Positions 26,626 to 40,143 of a stretch of 64,000 nucleotides of DNA are shown one piece after another (positions within the stretch are counted from its first letter, which is position 1; each line of letters opens with the position of its first letter). The notes beneath the pieces are model-generated. The model had not been told where the DNA came from and ran no database searches. It saw only the letters and a list, made by a program, of their open reading frames with translations. Location: contig CM022677.1 of assembly GCA_012295275.1 (NCBI GenBank), forward strand, positions 22,816,001-22,880,000, in the 5' to 3' direction. Source of the stretch: Chrysomallon squamiferum. Its lineage: Eukaryota > Animalia > Mollusca. A program made the position numbers and the translations under genes.

Positions 26626-28189
26626 GGTTCTATCCATCTTGTGGAAGTCATAAATAAATCACTAATCCCATTCACGGTACTCAAATAAGACAGTGGACTA
26701 GGCCACAGGGTTGAGTGTCATCCCATCCTGTCAAATCCCATGTACCGGCCACAGAGGAATAACAAAACAAGTTGAATTTGTGTATTTGTTTATTTAACAT
26801 TCAAGCACTATGTTCAGAGATAGTATTATTCAAAGTTCAAGCACTATATTCAGAGATAGTATTATTCAAAGTTCAAGCACTATATTCAGAGACAGTATTA
26901 TTCAAAGTTCAAGCACTATATTCAGGGATAGTATTACTCAAAGTTCAAGCACTATATTCAGAGACAGTATTATTCAAAGTTCAAGCACTATATTCAGAGA
27001 TAGTATTATTCAAAGTTCAAGCACTATGTTCAGAGATAGTATTATTCAAAGTTCAAGCACTTTATTCAGAGATAGTATTATTCAAAGTTCAAGAACTATG
27101 TTCAGAGATAGTATTACTCAAAGTTCAAGCACTATATTCAAGGATACTGTGATCAACCGAGTTACAAAGTACACGTTTGACGAGGTGTACAACTGCATTG
27201 AGGTACTGGAGAAGTGTCTTGTCTCCAGCCTACAACTGTCTCTTGAGATGTCCTAGCCGGAGCTGCACCTCCAAACTGGATCTGAATCCTTTTGGCCTGC
27301 TCTGCCTTCTTGATTACATGGATGAGGTCTACAAACTTGTAGATGTTCGGTGCTGGTGGGGAAGAGCTCTATTGAGCCTTGAATGGAACCCGGCAATGAA
27401 GCAAACATGAGGGGGAACAAAATAATCCATGCACAATATACAACTGATTCCACAAACCAGGGAAAGAGGAGAACATCCTGTCCATGTAGATTGTCTCAGC
27501 TGTCTGTAGATCTCTTAGCTGATCATCAGTTGAGAACTCCACCATTTTGTCAGCATCTCCATCTGTGAACAAGAGGAAGCATCTTGTGTTTGTGTCCAGG
27601 GTGCTTGTAGGTGCAGCTCTTCTCTGGAGGCTGGGAGGACGGGGATGGTGGTTTTATGATGATGGTACAAGGTGCTCTTCACATTGTGGAAGGTAGGCAA
27701 GGCGGGATCGCTGTTGTCATCGTGGTGGGCAATCTCATCATTGTAGATCTGTTGTGTGATTTTGTCTCTCACCTGCTTGCAGATGTGCTCATGAAACGAA
27801 TGGCAGTCTGGTTATCAGGTGGGTGATTAAAAATAAATAAAACAAGACATGGGATGCAACTGAAAATGTTAAACAAGCCAGGGAAGATTTGATCAATAGG
27901 CTAAACAAACCAATGTAAAACAAAGAAAGATTAACCAATTTTCCCCAAAAGATAGCACAAGATTTGATTGTTTTTGACTGACAGAGAAGATTGGATTAAT
28001 AGGCTAAACAAAACAATTTGTGAAACAAAGGATGATTAACAAATTTTCAAGAAATAAAAGATCACATTAGACACTAAACAAATAATACATTTACCGCATT
28101 AGATTAACCCATTCAGCAGCAAGCTAGGGTCAGGTTGTTATGTCTTATTAATTTCCACAAAATATGATTCGATAAGATGGGATGACACC
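26626..28189 (-). mobile_element. Internally deleted Mutator-like (MULE) DNA transposon
   Basis: Minus-strand fragments read NHPPD..., LPTFHNVKSTLYHH...PVLP, TIYMDRMFSSFPGLWNQLYIVHG (the MDGTF...QLYxIHG MULE motif), then directly GFHSRLNRAL..NIYKFVDLI and QYLNAVVHL. Inverted termini: gtgtcatcccatcctgtcaaat (26715-26736) versus the reverse complement of 28167-28188, with a more degenerate outer copy starting at 26626. Frameshifted. Confidence 0.85.
26799..27140. repeat. 36-bp minisatellite inside the MULE
   Basis: About 9.5 units of ttcaagcactatattcagagatagtattattcaaag; explains ORFs 26772..27152 and 26810..27256. Confidence 0.95.
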
Positions 28190-29438
28190 ACACACACACA
28201 CACATACACACACTAGTATCTGACAAGCAATTATCACTATTGCTGACACACACACACTCACTCACTCTCAGGAATATTCAGATTTCTCTCCAGAATTAAA
28301 AAAAAACATTTAAAAAAGTATTCTTTATATAATTATAATAATTCCATTATCATATTAAAATATACCTAGACCAATAACCAGAAACAAACAAGAACAAATA
28401 AAGAACAAAAAAAAAAGAACAAAAAATACCATTAACTGTAACTATGATAATAAAAATAAACATACAGATTATCAGATAAATGAAGAACACTGAATGGATG
28501 TTTGTTATGTTTCAACATGGACTGCACAGACTGAGTTATTAACACATCCGTTTAATCCAATTGACTGAAAGCTTGAGAGTAGGATTTCTGATTGCTTGAT
28601 AGACAGGGTCAAGGCCTGCATCAGCCAATGAGATCCAACACTTAAAGCTGTCACATGACTGGTAGAGTTTCTAAAATTAGATTAATCAAGAAAATTGATT
28701 TATAAACTGAATTTATATTTTAAGGAAGTTAGTGTTTATCTATGTGTGTTTATTTATATTCTTAATGCAGAAATAATCAAATTACATTAATTATTTAAAA
28801 ACATTTCCAAAATTAAACTCAGTAATGGTTACTTTTAATAAATCAAATGGCTACTACTGACCACAAATGGCTTTCACAGCATCTGTACCAGCTGTTCTCA
28901 ACCCATCTAAGTTAATGGTTGCTAGGTGAGTCAGTGACATCAACAAAGGTAATTGTCCAAAAGTACTAGAGTTTGGTTCTGCTTTTCTTAAACTGACATG
29001 TTTCAAGTTTGTAAATTTCTCTGTGGACAGTTTCTTTGTATTCTGTCAGCTTTGTTCATGTTGTATGTGAGCCTTTCAACAGAACTCTGAATTGCTTCAT
29101 CTTCATAAAAAAAGAAAAAGAAAAAAATTAAAAATCATTCATCTTTCATATACATACTGAAACACACATAGAAAAAGCTAGCAAATGCACATACATAGAC
29201 ACACATAGACAGACAGACAAAAACTCAGAAACAAACACACCAACTAACCCTAAATACCAACAACAGATGACAAATACACTGAGATGCCAAACACAGACAC
29301 AAATAGAATGACAAAGAATGAATGAGAAAGAAAATACAGAGAAGAAAGAGAGAGTGTTAAGTAGAATGAGGTTGATAAGTATGGATAAAGAAGAAAGAAA
29401 AGAAAAATATACACAAAACAATATGTGTAAGAGTAAAA

Positions 29439-29474
<36 letters not shown>

Positions 29475-29714
29475 TTCAAGAGCATGCGAACAAAGACAAA
29501 AAGTAAACAAGCAGTTTTTACATATTTAATAACACATACCTAATAAACAACTGGAGTTTAGACTTAATTCCAGAACTTTTGTCTGGTTTGGATTCTGGAA
29601 ACTTGGCAATTGTACTTTAACTATCAGTAGATAAAGGAAAAACAAAAAGAAGAACAAATAATAATGAGAAATTTTTCAGATCTAAAGAGTTAGAAAATGA
29701 AATACACCTGTGTA

Positions 29715-29765
<51 letters not shown>

Positions 29766-29954
29766 CACATACAGAGAGAGAGAGAGAGAGATTAATGAGA
29801 TATAATAATATACAAATCTAAATTAACCATCAACAAAAAGTGTTTGATTGTTAACTTTTGCATCATTCAGATGAAAAGCAGTCGTCTTTGGATGATTGAA
29901 AAAAGCAGTACACAATTTAGTGATCCCAGCTGACATTAAAAACAAATAATAACA

Positions 29955-29996
<42 letters not shown>

Positions 29997-30331
29997 TTAC
30001 AATATGTAGAATCTACATAAGTAGAAAATAATTGATTTGTTATTATTTAAATGTAGTTAGTAGAAGACATCATAATGTTTTAACAATAGTAATAATATCA
30101 ACAGCTGTAGTAGTAGTAGTAGTAACAGCAGCAGCAGAATTCGTAGTTGTGCTGTTAGTGGTAACAATACTAGAAGTAGTAATAGTTTTAGTATTAATAG
30201 TACTAATAGTAGTAATAGTGGTAATAGTTGTAGTTTAGTAGTAACTGTTCTAGTTGTAGTATTAGTACTAGTACTAGGTTATATAGTAGTAGTAAAAACA
30301 ACAAGAGGTAGTAAATAACAGGAGACACCAC

Positions 30332-30366
<35 letters not shown>

Positions 30367-32953
30367 ATGTAATAATGGTAGTAAATATAATATAATTAAC
30401 ATAGTATAAGTAACAACAGTAGAAATAGCAGTAAGAGACATAGTGGTACATAGATATATAATATTGGTAATAGCTTTAGTGTATTGAAAGTCACTGTTAC
30501 CATTTTTTTCAGGAACAGAATAACAGTGTGAGGAGCAGAAGTAGCAATATTAGTAGCTAATTGACACTAATGGACAATTACATATGCTACTAATAATAAT
30601 AACAATAACAATAACAATATTAATAATAACACTAACAATAATAATAATAATGGCAACAGTAATAATAATAAGAAGAAGAAGAAGAAGAAGAGAAAATAAG
30701 AATTTGTTTTTCACAGTTATACATATAATATAAAATAATTTCTTGTTATTAAGTTTTATTACTATTATTATTACTATTATTATTATTATTACTACCACTA
30801 CTATTATTATTATTACTACTACCACTACTATTATTATTATTATTATAAAAGATTTTATAACAGTTATAATTAAGATTACTCACAGCACTCTCAGTGTCTG
30901 TTTTGTTGGTGGTGAGGCTAAGGAAGATCACTGTTGTGTTAGAACACTTTGCCAAACACAAAGCTCAGAAAGCCTCAGGTCCAGAACTGTTTCCTGATAA
31001 ATTTAAAACCAAGGTTAAAAAAAAGTAAAAAACCAAAAATAAAGGTATTAATAATTAATGAAAATATACAATATAAAATTATTCAGTAGGTTGTAATATT
31101 AAATAAAATAATGAAAAGATTAATAATAATGAATGTAAATATCCAATGTTCTGTAATTCAGTATGGTTATATTTTAAATAAATTAAAAATAATAAGAAAA
31201 TTAATAAATAAATAAATGATAGATAGATAGATACATATATTAGACAGACAGAAAATAGATAGAAAGATTTATAAATAAATAAAAGTAAATAAAATAAAAA
31301 TAATCAACTGTCTACTAAAACTTGTTTTAAAAGCATTTTTATAAATTAAAACTGTGAATAAATTTAAAATTATTTAAATAACTGATTCTTAAGCTAGTTA
31401 TATTCAGAATTATCAAAAGAGAATGTAAAGAAAGATTATATAAGATATTTTCTTTCTTTGTTATACTTCAAAAATATTACAAGTATTTGAAAGTAATTGT
31501 TAAAAACATAAAGAGAAGAAATAAAGAAAAAAGAAAGAAAACTAAATGCTTGCTAATTAGGAACAAATAAGAAATGATATATAAAGACACAGCGAGATAT
31601 AGACTAAGACATATTTACAGATATATTTTTAAAGGTTTTAAAATCTGACTAAGTGGTAAAGCTTGTTGCAGTTTAAGTCTTAGTCTGGCTGCTTTCAACC
31701 AAAACTCTGGATTCACAAGAAGAATCACATGATCAAACTTCTTCTTATGGATCCATATCTTCCTTACTTGGCACAGGAGTTTGAGTTTTTAGTGGTTGGT
31801 GTGGTGATGTCAGTTTGTCTCAGGTCTAATGGTGGTACTGGTGTTTTTGGTGCTGACTGCCATTTCTTTTTCGATGATGTGAAACCCATGTCAGTTCTGT
31901 GTAAATAATAAAATAAAACAAAAAAATAAAAACATATAAATACAACTGTCACGTAATATTTTTAACAAATGATTGGTAACTATTTAAAATAGACTAATAG
32001 AAACAAACAAGTTATCAGAATAATACTGGTTCTAAAAAATCACTAATAATAGTAATTTTCAGAAAACAAAATATACTGATAACAACAATACAAGTTTACA
32101 ACTTCAATATTGTTCAGGTCTGCTTGGCATATCAAAATAACAGTGTTTTCACTGGCAAATGCTAGAAATATGACATCTCAGTGGAATCACATTTTCAATT
32201 AGAAAGAACATCTACACTAGTAACAAAAACGTATACTGAAACATTAATTATCTGAGATATTACTAGGTAACTTGTTTTATTAAAACAATGAATACTGTTG
32301 AGAATAATGTGGGAATATTGTTTGTGCAGTTTTGTATCTCTTAAGTGCTGTAACTAAGTGTAAGTTCTGAGCTCAGATCATTTGAAAAAGCAAATATGAA
32401 AAAAACAATGAAAAAGAAAAACATATGATCACAACTGAATAATAACAAACATGAAGAAGAAATGACAACAATTATAACTAGCCTGTAAAAAAATAATAAC
32501 AATAATAATAATAATAAATAAATATTAAAATAAAATAATTTGAATTATTAGAATGTAGAAAAATAACTAGAAAGATAGAGATGCAGTGAAAATAATAATA
32601 CAATAAATAAATAAATAAATAAATAAATATTATAATAATAATATAAATATATATGCATACACATACAATAATAAAAAAAAGAATTCTAATTCTTTAAATA
32701 ACCATGAGCAGGATAACAAAATTAAAAAAAACAAAAGAAATTAAAATGATAAAAGAAAGAGACTGAAGAACGAAAAGGAATAATATAGTATATTTTATGT
32801 GACGTCAGGAAAAAATAAATAAATAACAAATAATGGTAACATAAAAGAATATGCAGAAACTAGGAAATGAAGAATAAGAAACAAAAAGAATGAAGAAGAA
32901 AATTAATAAGAATATGAATGGTCAGTAGATTCCAAAAAAAAAAAAAAAAAAAA

Positions 32954-32984
<31 letters not shown>

Positions 32985-34407
32985 TATATTTTTTTAAATA
33001 ATAAATAAATAATCAAAAACGTTAAAATAAAAACTAAGAATTTAAAATATGAAGAAACAAAAAGAAAGAAGAATAAGAACTATGAAGAGAAACTCAAAGA
33101 CTGAAAAATAATAAGTAAATTGTAATATTAAAGAATCTTGCAAAAATATCTGAAAATAAATACAGAAAGAGGAACACAAAAGAAGAAAAAGAAGATTATG
33201 GAGAAACTACAATGTAGAAAAATAACAAGAAACAATAATCATGGTAAATCGGTTAAAAAATAAACAATCAAATAACTTTAAAGAAAACACAAACAATATG
33301 AAGAAATATGAATAAACACAGGAATAAGAAGAAACAAGAAGAATAAAACACAAGAAGACAGAAGAATTAAGATACACAAACACACATACACAAACAAACA
33401 CATGCTGCACGAACAATGAAAATAATTTATTTTTATCAATCTTGATTTAAATCATTTTGTAAAGAAAGATTTATTCGGGATCATTTGTTATTTTCCGGCT
33501 GCCAAAACCATCGCATATTATGACATCTAAAATAATATTATGATGCTTGCTGAAGGATGAAGTTAATGTCTTTATATCGCTTCATCTCAGAATTTTTTGT
33601 TTATACATGGTAGACTTTTTTGATAGTAAAACTAATGACATAATTGAGACCTGTTTTCAACTCACATGACACTTTGCATCTGCTAGAAAAAATTTAAATA
33701 ATAAAATCAGACGGTTCAATAAGAACTATTCATTTATTAATATTATACATCACCAAAACAGATGAAGACACACTACAGAATGCTCAATAATGGAAATAAG
33801 ATCAATTAAATTCTAATATTTATATCGATTTTCATTTTCATGAACAACAGAAATACAAATAAGCTTGTCTTTTTTCTTCTTCTTTTTTTTAGCACTGAAA
33901 GAATTTATTGAATTTTAAGTTTTTATTTATTTATTTTCAGTATTATTTTTTTCAAACACAAAATAAAAACAAAATATTTCTTCTTCTTTTTTAATTAACA
34001 TTTTTCTTCTTTATTTTTTGTTTCTTTCTTTCTTACTTAATATTATAAGTTTATACTAAATTTTCACTAATTAGGACTATTATTATTATTATTAGTAGTA
34101 GTAGTAGTAGTAGTAGTATATCTGTTTCCAAAATAAAAAAAAGAGTAAGTTTGTTGAGTGAGAATAATAAAATAATAATTATTATTATTTAAAATCAGTA
34201 CTGAAATATATTTAATTTGCATTTTTACCAACAATAGCAAAAATGAAAATATATTAAAATATGTATAATGAATGTGAAAATTAACCCTGAACAATGTGCA
34301 TATTTTCTTTTCAACAATGGAATATATATATTCATTTAAAAAATCCACTTTCATTCTGAAAATGAACAGTAAAAATGTATGTAGGTAGGTCACTGTGTCA
34401 TGATATG

Positions 34408-34495
<88 letters not shown>

Positions 34496-35079
34496 TACTT
34501 TTGTATGGGTTATAAATGAAGCTGAATAAATTCATAAAAAATAAACATTATCTGTGAATGTCATTCAGTTCATCAGCTAGTTTATGTATATTATTCTAAC
34601 ACAAAACAAAACTGCAGTGATTAAAAAGCTGAAGTGTTATCTTGATCTGAACTGAACTTTTAGCTACAAATCTATGTTTATTAAAGTTAACAGATTTGAA
34701 TCCTGAACGAGGAAGTGATCCAGCTAAATAAAAAAAAATAATAATAATTGAACAAAATAATGCAGATACTGCAACAGTAACACTGAAACTAATCAACTCT
34801 GTGTCATCTGATATATAAAGTTTTGACTGGTAGGAAACAGAGTTGTAAGGATTTACATCTGCTTCTTCCTGATCAATGGCAGTTTATAACATAATTACCA
34901 CCAACTTGATGGCTGTGCATTTGGAAGGTACAGTTTTCAGGAATATTGAGGAATAATCGAAGACAGCCTGGGCTTCAAGATCTCCACAGATGACAAAAGA
35001 CAAATTACACACAGACAAGAGACATCCCCAAAACACAAAACAACAGTGAACAAAAGAAACACCAAACAGTACCAAGCAT

Positions 35080-35657
35080 TTACACACTCTTCACAACAAG
35101 CACACAAAAACACAGGCCTCTCCACTCTTCACAAAAAGCACACAATAACACAGAACTCTCCACTCTTCACAACAAGCACACAATAACACAGACCTCTCCA
35201 CTCTTCACAACAAGCATATAATAACACAGAACTCTCCACTCTTCACAACAACCACACAATAACACAGATCTCTCCACTCTTCACAACAAGCACACAATAA
35301 CACAGACCTCTCCACTCTTCATAACAAGAACACAATAACACAGATCTCTCCACTCTTCACAACAAGCACACAATAACACAGACCTCTCCACTCTTCACAA
35401 CAAGCACACAATAACACAGGCCTCTCCACTCTTCATAACAAGAACACAATAACACAGGCCTCTCCACTCTTCACAACAAGCACACAATAACACAGACCTC
35501 TCCACAAAAAGCACACAATAACACAGGCCTCTCCACTCTTCACAACAAAGCACACAATAACACAGGCCTCTCCACTCTTCACAACAAAGCACACAATAAC
35601 ACAGATCTCTCCACTCTTCACAACAAGCACACAATAACACAGGCCTCTCCACTCTTC
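35080..35657. repeat. 38-bp minisatellite (ccactcttcacaacaagcacacaataacacagacctct)
   Basis: About 15 units; ends exactly where duplication copy A begins. Confidence 0.95.
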
Positions 35658-36294
35658 ATCATTAATTAATAAGTACATTATATAGTATTGGTAGTAATCG
35701 TAATAACTGTATAGCCATACAAATAATTAATTAATTATGTAAACGGTCATATTTTAGTTTTGTCATTATGTCACTTCATTCAGATGGATGACAGTAGTAG
35801 AAAGGTGTTGTGAAGTTATTTTAATGACTATTTTATTATTTCCTAATTAAAAAAATGGTCAAGCCATTTAACATTGTAATGTTTCCAGTGTAGCTGTTGG
35901 ATGTCTGTCTGTGTGTTCAACTATCTTTCTCATTTTTATTTCTCACCATTAATTTCTACAAATCTCAGTACCGGCCCTGTCACCCTCCTCTTAGATTATT
36001 GCGAATCAGTCCCTTGTTTAAACTAACTTGAACGTGCACAGTAACCAAAAGACGAAACATAATCTCTAACACCTGGATTTAAAACACGTGTCTAAGATAT
36101 CCAGTGACGTATCAAATTTAATTTGTAGTCACGTTTTCCGTGTCTCGGGTTTTCCTTTTGTTTTCTTTAACCTACCGGTTCTCTTGTTCTTAATTCATTA
36201 TTTATTTATTTATTTGTTTATGTTTGTATTTATTTATTCATTTTCTGTGTATTCCTTTACATTTTTGTTCACGTGTGAAAGAGAGAGACAGGAA

Positions 36295-36337
<43 letters not shown>

Positions 36338-36339
36338 AG

Positions 36340-36693
36340 TATCTCAACTTACGAGTGGTCTAACACGAGTTACGAGCAGTTGCCCGGTCGATTTTTTGCT
36401 TTGAGTTCCGAGCCAAAATCTGAGTTAAGAGCGAGCTTCAGATATGCCGCCATTAGTTGGCGCAACCATCAACACAACATCCGGCCAGCATCCCGCGTCT
36501 TACTCATTTACTTCACGTAGTTATCTCGCCGAGGAAACATCTCTGGTGTGTAGTGCTCGGTTTTCTGTAGTATTTTGCCAAATTTCTTTTTTTGACCATG
36601 GATCTTTAGAAATTGCAGAAACTGATTTCTATTGTAATCTAGTTTAAAAAAATATGTAAATGAAGTCAAAGCAATATATATAAATATATACAG
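36340..36693 (+). promoter_or_regulatory. Putative CpG-rich promoter and first exon of a spliced non-coding or 5'-UTR fragment (duplicated at about 46395-46749)
   Basis: CpG-dense patch with YY1-like gccgccatt and ETS-like catccgg, a donor CAG|GTAATG at 36694, and downstream acceptors at 38339 and 38642. No recognisable ORF. Confidence 0.4.
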
Positions 36694-37059
36694 GTAATGG
36701 TAGAATATTACTTTCTTGAAATGTTTTTTTTTTTTTTTTTGTATTCTTTATATACTTTGGAGTACATGTTTGTAATTTAGTTTGTAAAATATTTCGTCGT
36801 CTGCTTTATGGAAAGTTTTCAACAGCAAAATTTCTCAAAAAAATAAAAGTTACACTCGAGCCTTGTGACAAGATTCTACATCTACGTATTGTTTAATAAT
36901 TTATTTTCGATTATCTGCCCTTGAAAACTTTCCATAAAGCAGACGACGAAATATTTTACAAACTAAATTACAAACATGTACTCCAAAGTATATAAAGAAT
37001 ACAAAAAAAAAGCAAAAAACATTTCAAGAAAGTAATATTCTACCATTACCTGTATATAT
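36684..37059. repeat. Long inverted repeat with 139-bp arms (36684-36822 and 36921-37059) and a 98-bp spacer
   Basis: The arms are reverse complements apart from small differences in the T/A run. Confidence 0.95.
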
Positions 37060-38374
37060 AAAGAAGTCAAATCTTCGTGATTCTTAGAATCTACATTTAA
37101 CTGACCAAACCATAAATAACAAATACCGCAAATAAAAGAGAAATCGCGCCTCCACCCGAAGTAATATATTATATGAAATTATATGAGAGTAATCTCCCTT
37201 CAGCTATAGTTTCTTTCTTCTGTTTGTGGGGTTCTCGGTGTACGTCATTGCACACCACAGAAAATCGCTGATAACGAAACGTCGTATACAGCTGTATAAT
37301 GAGTAATAAATGTAAATGTGTAGGTACGTTCCAAGAATATCAGTTTACATTATACATTATACCGTATATATTAATATGTGATAAATAAGTAAAATATAAA
37401 TAATAAAAATAAATACACTGGACGCTGTCAAAACCGGATGATTCATTGAGACCAACGTGATATACCGTTTTAGACAGAGTGCAGATTTCTAAAGACTAAA
37501 ATGACAAAAAAATGGAATATTTTTTATTACAAATCAGTTGTCAGAGGATAAACAGTCTGTCATTGATGACAGCGGTTTTTTTTTTGTAAGCTTTTTTCAT
37601 ATTTCTTTCTCTGTCATGGCCTTCAAGTTTAACCTTAATTGCACAATCTGCTTTCGATAACAGCAGCAAAAGATTTAATTTGTTTCTCATTTTAAGATAA
37701 TCAGTGTTTGTTTGTTTGTATGTTTGTACCTTTAGTCCATTCAGATTTTTTAATTCGTTTTCTCTGTGATTTTCTACAGTTGCATGTAACAATCACTACA
37801 TATGTATGTATAGCTAAATATGTTTGTTTACACTGGAAACACGTGCAAATCTAATAATAATCTTGTTCTTCTAGCTGCATATTATATTACAAGAAGCTTG
37901 ATATCATTGTTTGTTAAGCCATCAAAGAAGAGCGATCATTTTATCTCACGCGCTAGTCTAATTATGTTCATTATAAAAATAAAAAACACTCCTCAAGAAA
38001 AAAAACAAAAAAAAACAGATTAAAATGTACATTACAGCTGTCATTTAGTAGACACCTCTCAAGTTTTGAATATTTAGAAGGGTTGCCTGCAGTTTCTTCT
38101 TAAAAATACTTACACATAAGATGTCAGTTTTAACTGACACTACTGATTAATCGTGCATTCAAACTGGCCATGTAAAAACATTTTAAGTCATTTCTATTTT
38201 GTATTATTTTATTACAGTACATTTTATTTTTTATTTTATTTTATGATTATATTTGAATAAATGTCAGTTTTTATACAAAATCATTACACTTTATTTCATT
38301 TCTATTTTTCTTTTTCTTTTTCATTCTTTCTCTCTGTAGAGGACTATATTCCGTGAAATATCAAGAATCTCCTC

Positions 38375-38550
38375 TTAAGTAAATAAATACAGTACAGTAA
38401 TGTGATATTAGCAGCATTAAGTAAATAAATACAGTACAGTAACGTGATATTAGCAATATTAAGTAAATAAATACAGTACAGTAATGTGATATTAGCAACA
38501 TTAAGTAAATAAATACTGTGCTGTAATGTGATATTAAGTAAATAAATAAG
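38375..38550. repeat. 42-bp VNTR (one more unit in copy B, 48413-48630)
   Basis: Units of ttaagtaaataaatacagtacagtaatgtgatattagcagca. Confidence 0.9.
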
Positions 38551-39534
38551 ATGGTGTAAGATTCTAATCATGTTTATGTAAATAATTTTCAGTTTTACAA
38601 ACAATGGAAGTTTACTAAACATTTCTTTCTTTTTGTTTACAGTAAAGCTGGAGAAGTAATATAATAATCCTACATCCCAGTTTGGAAATGTGTTACAGTT
38701 TTGTTTTGTTATCTTAAAAGTGGATTTAAAATAAGTATATTCGTGTCGTTGTTTATTTTAGTTACTTTTTTGTTGTTGTTGTAGTTGTTGTTTTTTGCCA
38801 GAGTTTTAATTCAGTGGATACATTATCCGTTTTGATAATTAAAATACTTTAATCTAACTTTTCTTCTTTCGACAGCAAATATACTGGCATCCCGTACTTA
38901 ATCTGAAACAAAAATAATAGAAAATTATATATATGTATGTATGTACGTAAATATGTGTGTGTGTGTGTGTGTGTATTGCATATGTTAATATGTCTATATC
39001 AGAGATGATCTAGTATTAAAGTCCTTTGATTTGTAGCTATATTATATTATATTATATAAACATATCTATATCACGGACTGCTCCCCCTGCCCACGCGCTT
39101 CACAATTTCAAAACTTGTTTTAATGCTAACCCTACTATACATAATACAAAAACCTATATATCGTGCGTGTTAACATTTGATGATCGTTATAACACTGAAG
39201 TCAGTCTGTTTGAACTCCTGGATTGCAGCAATATAATAGGTCTGGTTTATTTCGCTGGCAACATTTCAGACACTTGAGAAAATACATTGTCACAATCATT
39301 TTAACAGGAACAGAAAGATAACAGGATAGTTCTGGAAATAAGGCGTTTTGTTAACAACACAACTCAAATCCAGTACAACCTGCACCCAATTAAGTTGTCT
39401 ACTGTTTAGGTGCAAGTTGTCTTATCTTTCAGATACCTGTTGTTTTATCTTTTAGTTACACGTTGTCTTAACTTTTAGTTTTGCGAAATTTTAGTTACAA
39501 GTTGTTTTATCTTTTAGTTGTTTTAGTTACATGT

Positions 39535-39720
39535 TACATCGTCCTGTATTGATGTGTTTTTGTATGTATGTTTCATCATCATCCTGCACTGATGTGTTGT
39601 CTGTATTTCATCATCATCCTGCACTGATGTGTTGTCTGTGTTTCATCATCATCATGCACTGATGTGTTGTCTGTATTTCATCACCATCATGCACTGATGT
39701 GTTGTCTGAATTTCATGACC
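39535..39720. repeat. 35-bp minisatellite (tttcatcatcatcctgcactgatgtgttgtctgta); copy at 49617-49802
   Basis: Tandem units, related to the 30-bp array at 41390. Confidence 0.85.
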
Positions 39721-40143
39721 GTTCATATTGATGAATGCAATGCCGTCTTCTTAAGAAAGCACATTTAGTTGCTTTTGAGTTGATATCTGAAGCTTACAGA
39801 TAAAAATGATGGAATCGCCAAAAGAAGAGTAGAATTTTTTTTTTGGAAGAAAAGAAATCATTTTTGATGGATAACGTAAGTCATTAGCAGGAAGATAGTT
39901 TTGAGAATCTTACACAAACAGTTTTGATGAGAGGACTTTATAAATTCAAGGCTGTACATACTAGATATTAGAACTGAGAATTAAATCTAGATTTAAATAT
40001 TTACACGCCACGTTTTCTGAAGTCTAACAACTTTTAACCCTTTCTTTAAGGACATTACTCACTGAAATAATAGCGCTTAACATAAGCTGCTGCTTGTTGT
40101 TACATGTCTTGCCAATGGTGCTGTTATATCATCACTAGATAGC

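Larger units (their letters stand above)
24894..31896 (-). pseudogene. Multi-exon ribonuclease-inhibitor-like leucine-rich-repeat gene, disrupted
   Basis: Exons with AG acceptors, most also with GT donors: 31896-31768 (MGFTSSKKKW...), 30993-30884 (GNSSGPEAF*ALCLAKCSNTTVIFLSLTTNKTDTESA), 29929-29828, 29620-29540 (TKVLELSLNSSCLL), 29100-28862 (FTNLKHVSLRK...LTHLATINLDGL), 28670-about 28490 (no clear donor), 26463-26378 (in-frame TGA), 26114-26007, 25610-25525 and 25004-24894 (...MEADCKIL*). Intron phases match across 29929>29620>29100 and 26463>26114>25610>25004. There are two premature TGAs (30965, 26409) and several frameshifts. Confidence 0.75.

Noticed and set aside
34800-35087. Complex sequence that might be an upstream exon of the LRR gene
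   Set aside because: It has stops in all frames, no clear splice sites and no recognisable motif.
36088-36647. Overlapping ORFs conserved in both duplicate copies
   Set aside because: The conservation reflects recent duplication; the ORFs include CA-repeat translation and show no domain.
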